Below, in pieces: positions 1 through 11,425 of a stretch of DNA of 64,000 nucleotides (its first letter is position 1; each line of letters opens with the position of its first letter). The notes beneath the pieces were generated by a model. That model worked only from the letters and a program-made list of their open reading frames with translations. It made no database searches and was not told the origin of the DNA. Origin of the DNA: Hypanus sabinus (taxonomy: Eukaryota); contig NC_082713.1 of assembly GCF_030144855.1 (NCBI RefSeq), positions 34,844,001 to 34,908,000 of the forward strand. Direction: 5' to 3'. Made by a program: the position numbers and the translations under genes.

Positions 1-213
1 GGGCATGGAAACTTTAGCAGAAAATATTCATGTGAGGAACATGTGGAAGAAAGGCAGGGAGATCCCAGGGATACAGCCTATTAGATCCTCAATCCTCACC
101 CTTACGCGGTGCAATTCTGATGGATTTGCTTCAGTACGTTCCTTAGTCTGAACCTGGTGACCACAAGGTCACATCGCTTACCTTCTAATCACATCTTGTT
201 TAATTTCAAGATA

Positions 214-658
214 CGAGAGGTGATTGATAAGTGTGTGGCCTATGGTAGAAGGAGTAAATTTTAGAAAACCTAGCACATGTATTTTTCCTACATTTATACA
301 CTTAGTCCTGCAGTCGTGGAGCATACGGGTTCCTTCTTTATAGAAGTGGTCCACAGCATGGGGTGATTGATAAGTTTGTGGCCTAAGATAGAACGAGATG
401 AGTTATTAACTTCAAACTTTCTGCATTTTCACTCAAAGAGTTGAACTGCATGTGCATATAACGAGAGCTGTATAACTCATCTCCTTCTACCATAGGTCAT
501 GAACTTATCAATCACCCGTGCTGTGCACAACCTGGAGGTCCAAGACGCTCTCGTTACATGCACGTGCAGTTCAGCTCTTTGAGTGATTATGCAGAAAGTT
601 TGAAGTAAATGACTCATCTCCTTCTACCTTAGGCCACAAGCTTATCAGTCACCCCTCG
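214..658. mobile_element. Tc1/mariner-type MITE with nested TIRs
   Basis: TA at 212-213 and 659-660. Left end CGAGAGGTGATTGATAAGTGTGTGGCCTATGGTAGAAGGAG matches the reverse complement of the right end. Two more internal TIR copies (about 360-402 forward, 476-517 reverse). No ORF. Confidence 0.85.
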
Positions 659-739
659 TAGTTCCATTTTGTTTCTTCTGTTTATGTGTGTCTTGTATGT
701 GTGTGTGTATTTGAAAATGTGCACATGTGTTTGTTTGCC

Positions 740-1260
740 CTTCTCCCCTCCTTTGCTCCATTCATTTTGAAAAACTTTTTCATCGGTGACAGAGGAACAT
801 GGAAGCAGAGCAGGCCTTTCATCTCCCAGGATATGCCTTGCTATTCTGCGAGATCAGGCCTGATCCTTACCTCAACTCCATCCATCTGGCCAGGTCCGTA
901 CACCTGGATGCGCCAGTCAAAAAAATATGTTAACTGGGATAGTCTTTGCTGCAATTTATGGGAAACCTATTTCTGATTGTAAGGTTATCTCCCCTTGTTC
1001 TAGATGGAAACGATTCCTTTACTCACACCATCACTTCATGTGAAAATCCTGAAAATTGTCCTTCAGTGCATATCCAGGAAATGCTTAGAGAGTTTATCCA
1101 ATCTTTCTTCATAATTTAATCCTTGGAGACTTGGTTACATTCCAGTGATTCTGTGCTGTATCTCTCTTATACCTTGCCAAGATAAGGTCACCAGAACTGT
1201 ACAGGACAGCCAGAAGTTGTTTACCCCAGGCTTGTAACAACTGCAGCAAAACCTTCTCCC
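740..1260 (-). mobile_element. Ancient CR1 3' fragment
   Basis: Decayed CR1-like motifs (gataaggtcaccagaactgtacaggac..., ccaggcttgtaacaactgcagc). Confidence 0.4.
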
Positions 1261-1549
1261 ATTCTTAAATGGTGAAGGATAATTTAGAAGTTAATGCAAA
1301 GAGGAGATCCAAAAACATCTTATCCTCATCAAAGTCAAAACTGACTTTGTCCAGCCATTCCTAAGTGGATATCCTTCTTGGATGCCTCCCATTGCAGAAA
1401 CTGGTCTTCAACTAATTTGATTCGCTTCACACAATATCATGAAATGGTTGAGAATATTGGACTTAAAAAAGGCCATAGAACCAGAAAATATCCTAGTTGT
1501 GCTTCTAAATTGCTTGCATCTCTTGCCAGTTTGTTCCAGTACAGTTACT

Positions 1550-1860
1550 TGGGCACCATGGTAGCATAGGAATTAGTGTGATTCTGCTATATCTTAGGTC
1601 GTTGGAGTTGGCAGTGCAATTCCAGTATCCTCAGTAAGGAGCCTATACGTCCTCCCCATGGAATGCGTGGGTTTTCCCCAGGTCCTCTTGTTTCCTCCAA
1701 CAGTTCGGAGGTGTACCGGGTAGTTTAATTGGTCATTGTATATTGTGCCATGATTAGGTTAGAGTCAAATCGAGGTTTTTGGGGATAGCTGGGGCATTGC
1801 GGTGCAAAGTGCCCGAAAGGCCTACTCAGCCCTTCCCTAAATAAAATAAAGAAATAAATA
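1550..1860 (+). mobile_element. tRNA-derived V-SINE (HE1-like)
   Basis: Head ggcaccatggtagcatag; V-core ctccccatggaatgcgtgggttttccccaggt...gtttcctcc; ttaattggtcattgta; A-rich tail. Confidence 0.75.
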
Positions 1861-2542
1861 AAATATTGGCATTTAATGACAATATGGAAATGTGTCCAGG
1901 TATGCACTGTCCATAATCTAAAAATTCATCTGCCCTATAACAGTACGGTACAATAACTCACTGGATTTGTTGTCTGATCTGCTTTAAGTATTCAGTAATA
2001 TTGCTTAAACAGAAAAGATGCTTCAAATTACTCAGAAGTACGTATGCACACATAACATTAAAATGGAAATGCAGTAACAATCAGAGTGAGTCAACAAAAT
2101 AATAACAGGGAGGACAAGTGATAAAAGCACGATGACATATTACAGAAGGGAGAAGTAATGTGGCAAGTAGACGAGTAAAAGTTAAATTTAGAGACATTTT
2201 GAATGTTTAAAACAGGAGACCAGAAGAGGAGAGAAGCAATGAAAATTTGATGATGAGAACATTCCATATCCAGTAGACAAAATGCAAAGTCCTCTCCAGG
2301 GTACAGACCATTATCTGATCATTTTGTGAATCTTTTATATCTTTAGCTATCCACAGATTTGCTGAGCAATATTAGCATTCCACTCCTATAGCAAATTTTA
2401 GACACATATTTTAAAATTCTTTTTATAATACTTCTCCTTCCTTAAAATAGTCCGAGATACATTTGAAAATAAATAAATTAACTATCCCAACAGTTAAGTT
2501 GAATCTTTATATATAAAAGCAATGTATAGATTAGATACAATT

Positions 2543-3042
2543 AATGAGGAGATTTGGCATGACACCAAAGGCTCCAGCAAATTCCTACAGATGTACCACT
2601 GACAGCATTCATTGCCTGCTATGGAGGCTCCAGTACAAACTCCAGGATCAAAAAAAGCTTCAGAAGGATGTAGACTTAGTCAGCTCCATCATGGGTACTT
2701 GCCTTTCCGCCACTAAGGCCATCGTCAATAGGCGGTGCCTCAAGAATGCAGCATCTATCTAGGATATGCCACCTTCTCATTATACCATCAGGGAAGATGT
2801 ACAAGAGCCTGAAGATGCACACTCAATATTTTAGGAGCGGCTTTTTCCCCGCTGCCACCATACTTCTGAATAGCCCTTGAACCCATGAATGATATCTCAC
2901 TATTTTGCTCTCATATTCTATGATTTCATCTAATTTTATTTTTCTTATTGTAACATAGTCATATTTCATTGTCTGCAATACACTGCTGCAAAACAAATCT
3001 GCATGCCATGTGTCGGTGATAATGAACCTGATTTTGTTTCTG
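2543..3042 (+). mobile_element. Rex1/Babar LINE 3' fragment
   Basis: RRFGMTPK..ANSYRCTTDSI, matching the Rex1 ORF C-terminus; same family as 23232-23495 and 44547-45254. Confidence 0.7.
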
Positions 3043-3052
3043 AAATAATGTA

Positions 3053-4613
3053 CAGTGCCTATAAAAAGTATTCATCCCCTCTTGGAAGCTTTCATGTTTT
3101 ATTGTTTTACAACATTGAATCACAGTGGATTTAATTTGGCTTTTTGACTCTTATCAACAGAAAATGACTCTATTGAGTCAATGTGAAAACAGATCTCTAC
3201 AAAGTGACCTAAATAAATAATTATAAAACACAAAAAATAATCAATTGCATAAGCATTCACCTCCTTTATTATAACACACCGAATCATCAGTGGTGAAGCC
3301 GATTGGTTTTAGAAGTCACATAATTAGTTAAATGGAGATCACCTTGTGCAGTCAAGGTGCTTCGGTTGATTGTAGTAAAAAGACACCTGTATCCGGAAGG
3401 TCCAACTGCTGTTGAGGCAGTATCCTGACAAAAACTACACCATGAAGACAAAAGAACACACCAAGCATCTCCACAAAAAGGTTATTGAAAAGTACACGAC
3501 AGGAGATGGATACAAGAAAGTATCCTAGTTACTGAATATCCCTTGGAATCCAGTTAAGTCAATCATCAAGAAATGGAAAGAATATGGCATACCAAGAGCA
3601 AGCTGTCCTCCAAAACTGAGTGACTATGCAAGAAGGGGACAAGTGAGGGAGGCCACCTTGAGATCTTTGATAGCTTTGAAGGTTTTACAAGGTTCAGTGG
3701 CTGAGATGGGAGAGACTGCACATACAACAACTGTTGCCCGGGTGTTTCACCAGTCACAGATTTAAGGGAGAATGGCAAAGAGAAAGCCACTGTTGAGAAA
3801 AACTCACATGAAATCTTGGCTAGAGTTGGCATGTGGAAAACTCTGAAGTCAGCTGGAAGAAGGTTTTCTAGTCTGATGAAACCAAAATTGAGCTTTTTGG
3901 CCATCAGACTAAACACTATGCTTGGTGTAAGCCAAACACCACACATCATCAAAAACACACCATTCCTACTGTGAAGCATGGTGGTGGCTGTGGGGAATGC
4001 TTCACTGCAGCAGGCCCTGGAAGGTTTGTGAACGTAGAGGGTAAAATGAATGCAGCAAAATACAGAGGATTCCTGATTCAGCCTGCAAGAGAACTGGAAC
4101 TTGGGAGAAGATTTGTTTTCCAGCAAGACAATGACCTAAGCATAAAGCTAAAGCTATACAGGAATGGCTTAAAAAACAACAAAGGTAATGTACTGGAGTG
4201 GCCAAGTCAGAGTCCAGACCTCAATCCCATTGAGAATTTGTGGCTGGACTTGAACCAGGCTGCTCAGTCACAATCCCCATACATTCTGACGGAGCTTGAG
4301 CAGTTTTGTAAAGAATGGGAAAAATTACAGTGTCCAAATGTGCAAAGCTGACTGATGCCTATTCACACGGATGGAAGGCTGTAATTGGCACCAAAGGTGC
4401 ATTTACTGACTTGAAGGAGGTGAATACTTATGCAATCAATTATTTTGTGTTTTATATCTGTGATTAATTTAGATCACTCTGTTTTCACTTTAACACAAAA
4501 GATTATTTTTCTGCTGATTAGTGTTTAAAGAGCCAAATTAAATCCAGTGTGATTCAATGTTGTAAAACAATAAAACATGAAACTTCTGAGGAGGGGTGAA
4601 TATTTTTATAGCC
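3053..4613 (+). mobile_element. Tc1-like DNA transposon, IR/DR type, near full length, defective
   Basis: TA|CAGTGCCTATAAAAAGTATTCA 5' end; ~200-bp TIRs with inner direct repeats (about 3244-3265 and 4413-4436); right terminus eroded into (TA)n. Confidence 0.92.
3442..4408 (+). pseudogene. Tc1 DD34E-type transposase pseudogene
   Basis: MKTKEHTK..KVIEKY..GDGYKK start; (W>stop)SDETKIELF, TVKHGGG, FQQDND, WPSQSPDLNPIENLW; several stops and frameshifts. Confidence 0.9.
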
Positions 4614-6276
4614 TATATATATATAATGCATTTAATAAAACAAAAAAAACTAATTCATCAAGTTTTCATGTACAAGTTTTAAAAAAGGAATTTTTCATCC
4701 ACATCCTAAAACTATCTTAAGTTTTAAGTTGGTCTTGAGTAATGATGGAAAAGTATAATCAGTAATTTGGTGGCATGTGTATTTTAGCACAATATGATGT
4801 GCTATTCTCTTGAATTTCTCCTAGCATGATGGACATAGCATTTTGATCTTTGTGCACAGTATGCTTTTGTAATGATAAAATAATACAATGTTTTAACAAT
4901 GTTAAAATGTGTGTAAAATTCTTTCCAAAATTAAACTTGATAGCTTTACAAGAAATGTTCAGTGTAGATCTGAATCAACAGCTCCAACATAAACTTGAGG
5001 GGAGTTTATGCATTCTCCCTGTGACTCAAATGCATTTCCTAAGATACGTAGGTTGGTGGGTTAAATGGATATTTAAAATTATCCTTCATGTGTAGGGAAA
5101 TGATAGAATATGGGGAAAGTTGAGGAGAATATGTGAGGAATAAAATATAGAATAAATGCTTGATTAGTGTAAAGTGGGTGTTTAACAGTCAGTGGATTTG
5201 GTTGATCAGTTTCCAAGATGTATGTTTCTATGATAATGCAGAAGGTGGCCGCTCATTTCATCGTACCTTTGCCAGCTCTTTTGAAAAAGCTATTTACCTG
5301 ATCTAATTTCCTACTTATTTTTCACAGCTCTGAAAATTTTCTTGTGCAACTATGAACTTGTGAATGTTTCTCATGTACGTATATGCTTCTACCAGCCAGA
5401 TCATAGACATTTCATAAATGGGAGAAATTGGGGGTGGGGACTTGTCCACCGCAAGGCAGACTGTTCACAGCTCATTTCAATACTAATGTTACTAATGTAC
5501 TAGCTGAGCCTAAACTTGAAAAAGGGCCTTACAACACTGGAATAGGTCTTTGGCTGCAGTGCTTTTTCATGTAACTTTAGTCCCCTTCATTTTCCTGCAT
5601 TTGAAATTAAGTTTAATTTAGTAGCTACTTGTGATGAAATATCCTATGGTGTTTACAGCAGTTTTAAGTTTTATTTCTTCTGTAGTTCATCAAATTTGTT
5701 TTTTGGCTTTTTGAATGATGAGCTTAATTAAACAAGCTACCACAGATTTTTTTTGACTGGAAATGTCACATGTTGGCAGGACGGGAGTGGAACTGCAGGA
5801 AGTGACATGTGGCATGGTATGCCTCACTTCGTGTGGCAGGAAGTGAGCTTCACATCAGTCAGGCACATATTTAGTGGAAAACTTGCTGGGCATTAGCCTA
5901 ACCAAAAAAGTTACTGAAGTCAAAACCCCGGAGAAAGAAGAACTGAATAAGTAATTAGAAAGAAATGAGCTACGCTATTACAGCAGTCAATCACACTGGG
6001 GTATTCACAGCACTCACATTGAGTGTAGGTGGTCTCTTGGCTCAATATAAACATATAGTGCAACATCATTTAACCACAGAACTTTCAGTTTCTCTCCCCA
6101 CATGTTCCTGAGAGAGGAGAATCAAATTCTGTTCTTTGATTTGCAGTTTCATCATGTAATTATAATTTACATCAGCAATCTCAGACCATGCATTTTTTCT
6201 TATTTGCAAAGATTTTTTTGCTAGAAACTCTAGACGTTCACTGTTTTGAAACCACAAAGCAATGCTTTTGTATTAC

Positions 6277-6573
6277 CTTTTCTGAATAACTGTAACTCCA
6301 TATCTTTCCATCTGCCAGCACTCTGGATATAATTCTGCCACTTTGATCATATTCCATTCTTTCAACCCAAGTTCCTCGTTGAATACCTGTCAGCAGTCCC
6401 ATCGGGGAATAGGTGACATTGACCTCATTGAAATTGTTACTGGGTTTCCACAGAACTGGGCGCCCTGATCTGTCGTACTGGATCTTGAGAGTAAATTTGC
6501 GATGGTCATCGTAAATCTTTCCGATCCTGGTGACCCGGTCAAAGTCGATAGACAGAAGATTTCTGTTGTGAGC
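6277..6573 (-). CDS. TENM1: Teneurin-1 internal coding exon (YD repeats); missing from the ORF track
   Basis: tattag|GCT CAC AAC; donor GAA AAG|gtaata; 297 bp = 99 codons, phase 0 to 0. [34 protein letters not shown]...[37 protein letters not shown]. Confidence 0.95.
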
Positions 6574-7210
6574 CTAATAGCAAATAAAACCTAATTAGTG
6601 GAAGTCATTACAGGTTTTGCTTAAGCCAACACGATCAGGATGAAATAAAAGTAAGCTATGATATCTGATATAAAAAAACTCGCTAAATTTCTCATAAATT
6701 TTCAACAGGATTCTCTATGAAGCCCTTAAGGGTCTCAGTAGCATTGACACAACAAAAAAAAGTTTAATCACTTAGAATGGTTAGTTTTGAGCTAGTTTAA
6801 ATGTGCTTACTGATTCAGATTTGACATTTCCAAATTTAATCCATTGCATCTGGTAAATGTAGAAATCTCCTTGGGAGAGGCAATTTCAAAATGGTAATCA
6901 ATCACTAAAAGTGCTTTTCACAGGACGTTGTAAATTTAACTTACTCTGAATAGGGTTTCCAGGCTTTAAGCAATGGAAATGGAAGAAGTTGCAGAATTGG
7001 TAGGCAATCTCTGAAAATCACTGCAACCTCTCAGCTTTCTAAAAGCTCTATTTCCACTGGTTGTGTCTGGAAAATTAATTGTAAAGCTTTGTTGAGTTGT
7101 AAATTTTGTTGAATTTTTTGTTCAGTCTATGAATTTTCATGTTCACTTCACAGATAGTGCATCCCAAATAATTCAAAATATCCCTGTGAATATTGCTTGA
7201 ACATTGATTC

Positions 7211-7840
7211 AATGGGATCCAGAGGACATACCAGCATCTCAGTAACAGCTGAAGCAACTTCAGAACACTTTGTCAAGCACATCGGCCAAAAAGCGTGACC
7301 TCCCTGTGGTCAAATATTTTAATTGCCATTCCCATTCTGATGTGTTGGTTCATGGCCTCTTCTTGTGGCAAGATGAGGCCCTCCTCAGGGTGGAGGAGCA
7401 TTACCTTATATTCTGTCTGGGTGCACCCAACCTGATGGCATGAATATCAGTTTCTCCTTCCGGTAATTTTTTTTCTCTCCCCCTCTCTTCTTTTTCTGTT
7501 CTCCAGTCTGGTCTTTTATGTCTTCTCACCTGCCTATTACCTCCACCTCGGTCCACTCCTCCTTCCCTTTCTCCTATGATCCACTCTCCTCTCTTATCAG
7601 GTTCCTTCTTTTCCAGCCCTTTACTTTTCCCACCCACCTGGCCTCACCTATCACATCCCTGCCTGCCTGCTTCCCCTCCTCCCACCTTTTTATCCTGGCT
7701 TCAGATCTGACGAAGGGTTTTGGCTGGAAAAGTTCACTGTTCATTGTTTTCCACAGATGCTGCCTGACCTGCTGAGTTCCACTGGCATTTTGTGTGTGTG
7801 TTTTTATGGATTTCTGACACCTGCAGACCTTCTTGTGTTT
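7211..7840 (+). mobile_element. Penelope-like element 3' fragment (GIY-YIG C-terminus plus pLTR)
   Basis: RVEEHYLIFCLG..QPDGMNISF; pyrimidine-rich UTR; degenerate ctgacgaagggt...gaaa; tail gatgctgcctgacctgctgagttcc. Confidence 0.75.
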
Positions 7841-8737
7841 ATTCTCTAATACCCGCTGGAGAAGACATCAGCAAAAGCCCCAGCTCACAGCGAGAAATAG
7901 AAACTGATTTCCTTTAAAATATCTGAATATGACTGTCTGAGAATCTGTACAATTACTATCATATTAGAAAATGTCCTCTGCTTCTTTGTCCCAACTCCCT
8001 CCCAAAACTGTTTTGGAGATGTGTGTACTATCACACATTGAGTTGTTTACAAGTGTGCAAGCCTGGCAGGTGTTTTCTGCACTGGGCATATATATCGCCC
8101 TTGCTTGTGTTGAAGCCAGTGTGCACAGGTTGTTTTTTGACTCTGACTCTCTTCCTACTGGTACTAGTATGCATACATCTGGCAAATATTTGCCATCAAA
8201 TCACCCAAGAGTGGTCATCAAGCAGAAAGGCTCACACTCCATCAAGGTGTAACTGGGTGCAACCCCCAAAATATCTTCATGAAAGGGCATACTAGATTCC
8301 CAGTAGGTATCATGCTGCCTTTATTCTACTGTGGCCCATTGACATTGACTTCTGTCTGGAGTGAAGCAGAATTGCTGGATTTTGCTCAATCCAGGAGTAG
8401 CGTATGTAGTAATCACAGTAAAAAGGTGCTCGTTACTCTGTTGTGGAAATAATGTAGTACTAAGTTGCATGGTTTCTGTGTTCTTTGTTGCCACATTACT
8501 TGTGGACAATCCTCTGGAGTCAGTGTCTGAAACTTCATTGACTTGAATAGTCATTCTTACTGAAGCTCCTGAGGTTTAAATGAATTTGTTCAGCACCTTG
8601 TTTCAAGGTCTAATAGAGAACTTGGACATTGCACAAGGGTTGCCCCTTTCAAAACACAGATGATGCCAATCATGTGAGAATCAGTTAGCAAGGCCCAAGT
8701 ACAGTAAGCTGTACTTCTTCCTTCCCATCCTTCATTT

Positions 8738-9440
8738 TGGCTGCCACGGTAGCATAGCTGTTCGCACAACATTATTACAGCCCGAGGTGTTGGAGTTCAG
8801 AATTCAATTCTGACGTCATCTTTAAGGAGTCTGTACGTCCTCCCCATGGAACGTCTGGGCTCCCTTTGGGTTCTTTGGTTTCCAGTCGCAGTACAAAGGC
8901 ATACTGATTAGTAGGTTAATTGGGCATTATAAATTGACCAGCATATTATATTCCATCTGGTAGCCTTCAATGTGATGGCATCAATATCAATTTCTCCTTG
9001 CGTTAAAAAAGAAATTCCCTCTCTCTCCCCTCTTCCACTCTAGCTTCCTATCTCTTTTCATGTGCCTATCACTTCCTCCTGGATCCCCTCCTCCTTTGCT
9101 TTCCTCTATGGTACACTCTCTTCTCCCATCAGATTCCTTCTTCAGTCCTTTATCTTTACAACACATCTGGCTTCAGCTATCACCTTCCAGCTGTCCTTCA
9201 ACCCCCCCACCCCCCCACTTTTTTTTCCGGTGTCTTCCCCCTTCCTTTTCGGTTGTGAAGAAGGGTCTCAGCCTGGAACATTTTCATAGATGCTGCCTGA
9301 ACTGCTGAGTTCCTCCAGCATTTTTTGTGTGTTGCATGATAAATTGCTCCATGATTAGGCTAGGGTTAAATCAATGGTTGCTGTGTGGTACAGCTCAAAG
9401 GGGTGGAAGGGCCTGTACTGTGCTGTATCACCAAATCAAT
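8738..9440 (+). mobile_element. V-SINE split by a Penelope-like insertion
   Basis: SINE head and core at 8738-8936 resume at 9347; colinear with the copy at 1550-1860. Confidence 0.75.
8937..9333 (+). mobile_element. Penelope-like 3' fragment with 13-bp TSD
   Basis: Flanked by gcattataaattg (8924-8936) and gcatgataaattg (9334-9346); same UTR and tail as 7211-7840. Confidence 0.75.
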
Positions 9441-10349
9441 AAATCTTCATACCAACTCTCCCATCAGATTTCACTCACTTATTCACACTCTGGTCACCTT
9501 TCTGCCACATATTGCAGCACTCAATGTATCACAGTTAACACTCATTAATAGTGCATTATTAGCAGGTATGGAAAGTTGTACTTTAGTTGACTTGTTTTAC
9601 CAACATGGTCTTACAATTATGCTGAAGCTTTAATGTAACTATACTTGATAAGCAACTTGCAGGTTCATTTGAATTATAGAAAGACAGCCTGCAGAATATG
9701 TATAAATATTGCTGTGCCAAACACTTGTGAATAGAAACAGCACTTAGAATTGTGCAATAGGAGGCGAAAATATTGGTTGTTAACTGGTCCATCGTTAATG
9801 TTACAAAAACATTGCAATGCTGGTTTGCTTCAGATACCTGATCAAAGCATTAAAAAGGAAGACTTGCATTATAACTAATCTGCCTGAGGCATGTTTTACT
9901 AATGCACCAATTGAATTTCAATGTATAAATCTTCTGAACTGGGCAACTACTTTTCTCAAAATTTATGCTCTTCAGGCACCTAGTTTTGATAAATGAAAAC
10001 ACTGTATTTGGAATATGCATACATAGCATAAAACATGACAAATTATTACATTGATCAATCTTATATATATATATCTATATTAATATCTTCTTCCTGTTTT
10101 CAAAGTTGTGCATGTCAGTTTTAAACTTTTAAAAATGTTTACATTTTGTGATTTGAAAAGTAGTGTTGACTGCTCCAGTTTTCTATTGAAAGGCTTGAGT
10201 ACGTGTATGAGTACATCCTTAGCACCATGTTTTGGCTCAAACAGCTAAGCAAATTCCTTCTGGAAATACCACAGTTGGAACGTGCCTGCAGCAAAACATT
10301 TCCTGATTTCTGATGTTGCAGTGAACATGGCTTTAATTTCTCATGTAAT

Positions 10350-10955
10350 AACTGGATTAGTAATAAGAAAGGCAAGTTCAATGTTAGCATTAATTTCAAG
10401 AGAACGGGAATATAAAAGCAAGGATGTAATGCTGCAGTTTTATAAGGTATTGGTCAGACCATATTGGGAGTTTTGTGAGCACTTTTGGGCCTTACATCTA
10501 AGAAAGGACATGGAGAATGGGAGAGTTAATATACGAGGAATGTTTGCTAGCTCTAGGCCTGTGGAACTTACAAGAACAGGGATGGGGGTGGGGAATTCCT
10601 TTGAAATCTGTCATCAAATATTGAAAAGCCTAGATAGAGTGGACATGGAGAGATGTTTCCATTAATGGGAGAGCTTCTTATCAGAGGGAACTGTGTTAGA
10701 ATAAAAGGATGTTTTTTACATGAGGTGGTATATCTTGAGCCAGAGGGTGGTGAATCTGTGGAACATATTGCCACAAGTGTTTGTGAGGGTATACTTAAAG
10801 CAGAGGTCAATTAGTTCTTGATAAATGAGAGTGTCAACGTTTCTGGGGCGAAGTCAAGGAAATGGACTTGAGAGGGAAGATAAATCAGCCATGATTGAAT
10901 GGCAAAGCAGAATCAATGGGCATAATGATCTAATTCTGCTCCTAGGTGTTATGTT
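10350..10955 (+). mobile_element. Old CR1 LINE 3' fragment
   Basis: KASSMLALISR..EYKSKDVMLQFYKVLVRP; CR1 3' UTR. Confidence 0.85.
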
Positions 10956-11425
10956 GTTTCACTCAACATTGCAAGCGTTAATTTCATTAGATTAGATTAG
11001 AGCTTTCAGTTTATCCACAGAGATATTCTGTCAAAGATAGGAAGCTTAATAGACCAAGAGATCACTGAAGCAGGACAGCAATTACTTCTTTCTTGTGTGG
11101 CCAATGGCACCTCTATTTTGAAAATCAATATACAATACCCAGAAATCGTGCTGAAGGCTGGTCTCAGGAGTGTTAATCAGTCTTACTGAGCTTGTGCCTT
11201 GGATTAAGCATGGAGGTAGGAAGAAAGGAAATGGATTTCAGAATCAGTAGTTCAGGAAATGACATGGGAGTGTGGCTGGTTGGGTGGCGTGGCTACATTG
11301 TAGATCCAGAAGATAGATTGACTAAGGTAATATAGTTAGCTGACAGGATTTCATTCAGCATATTGAGGAAAGGGTCAACAAAAGTAAGCCTGAACATAAT
11401 GAGGTTCAGATTCCCCAAATTCCCC

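Noticed and set aside
1550-1630. tRNA gene
   Set aside because: Degenerate tRNA-like SINE head followed by a V-SINE core; no intact cloverleaf.
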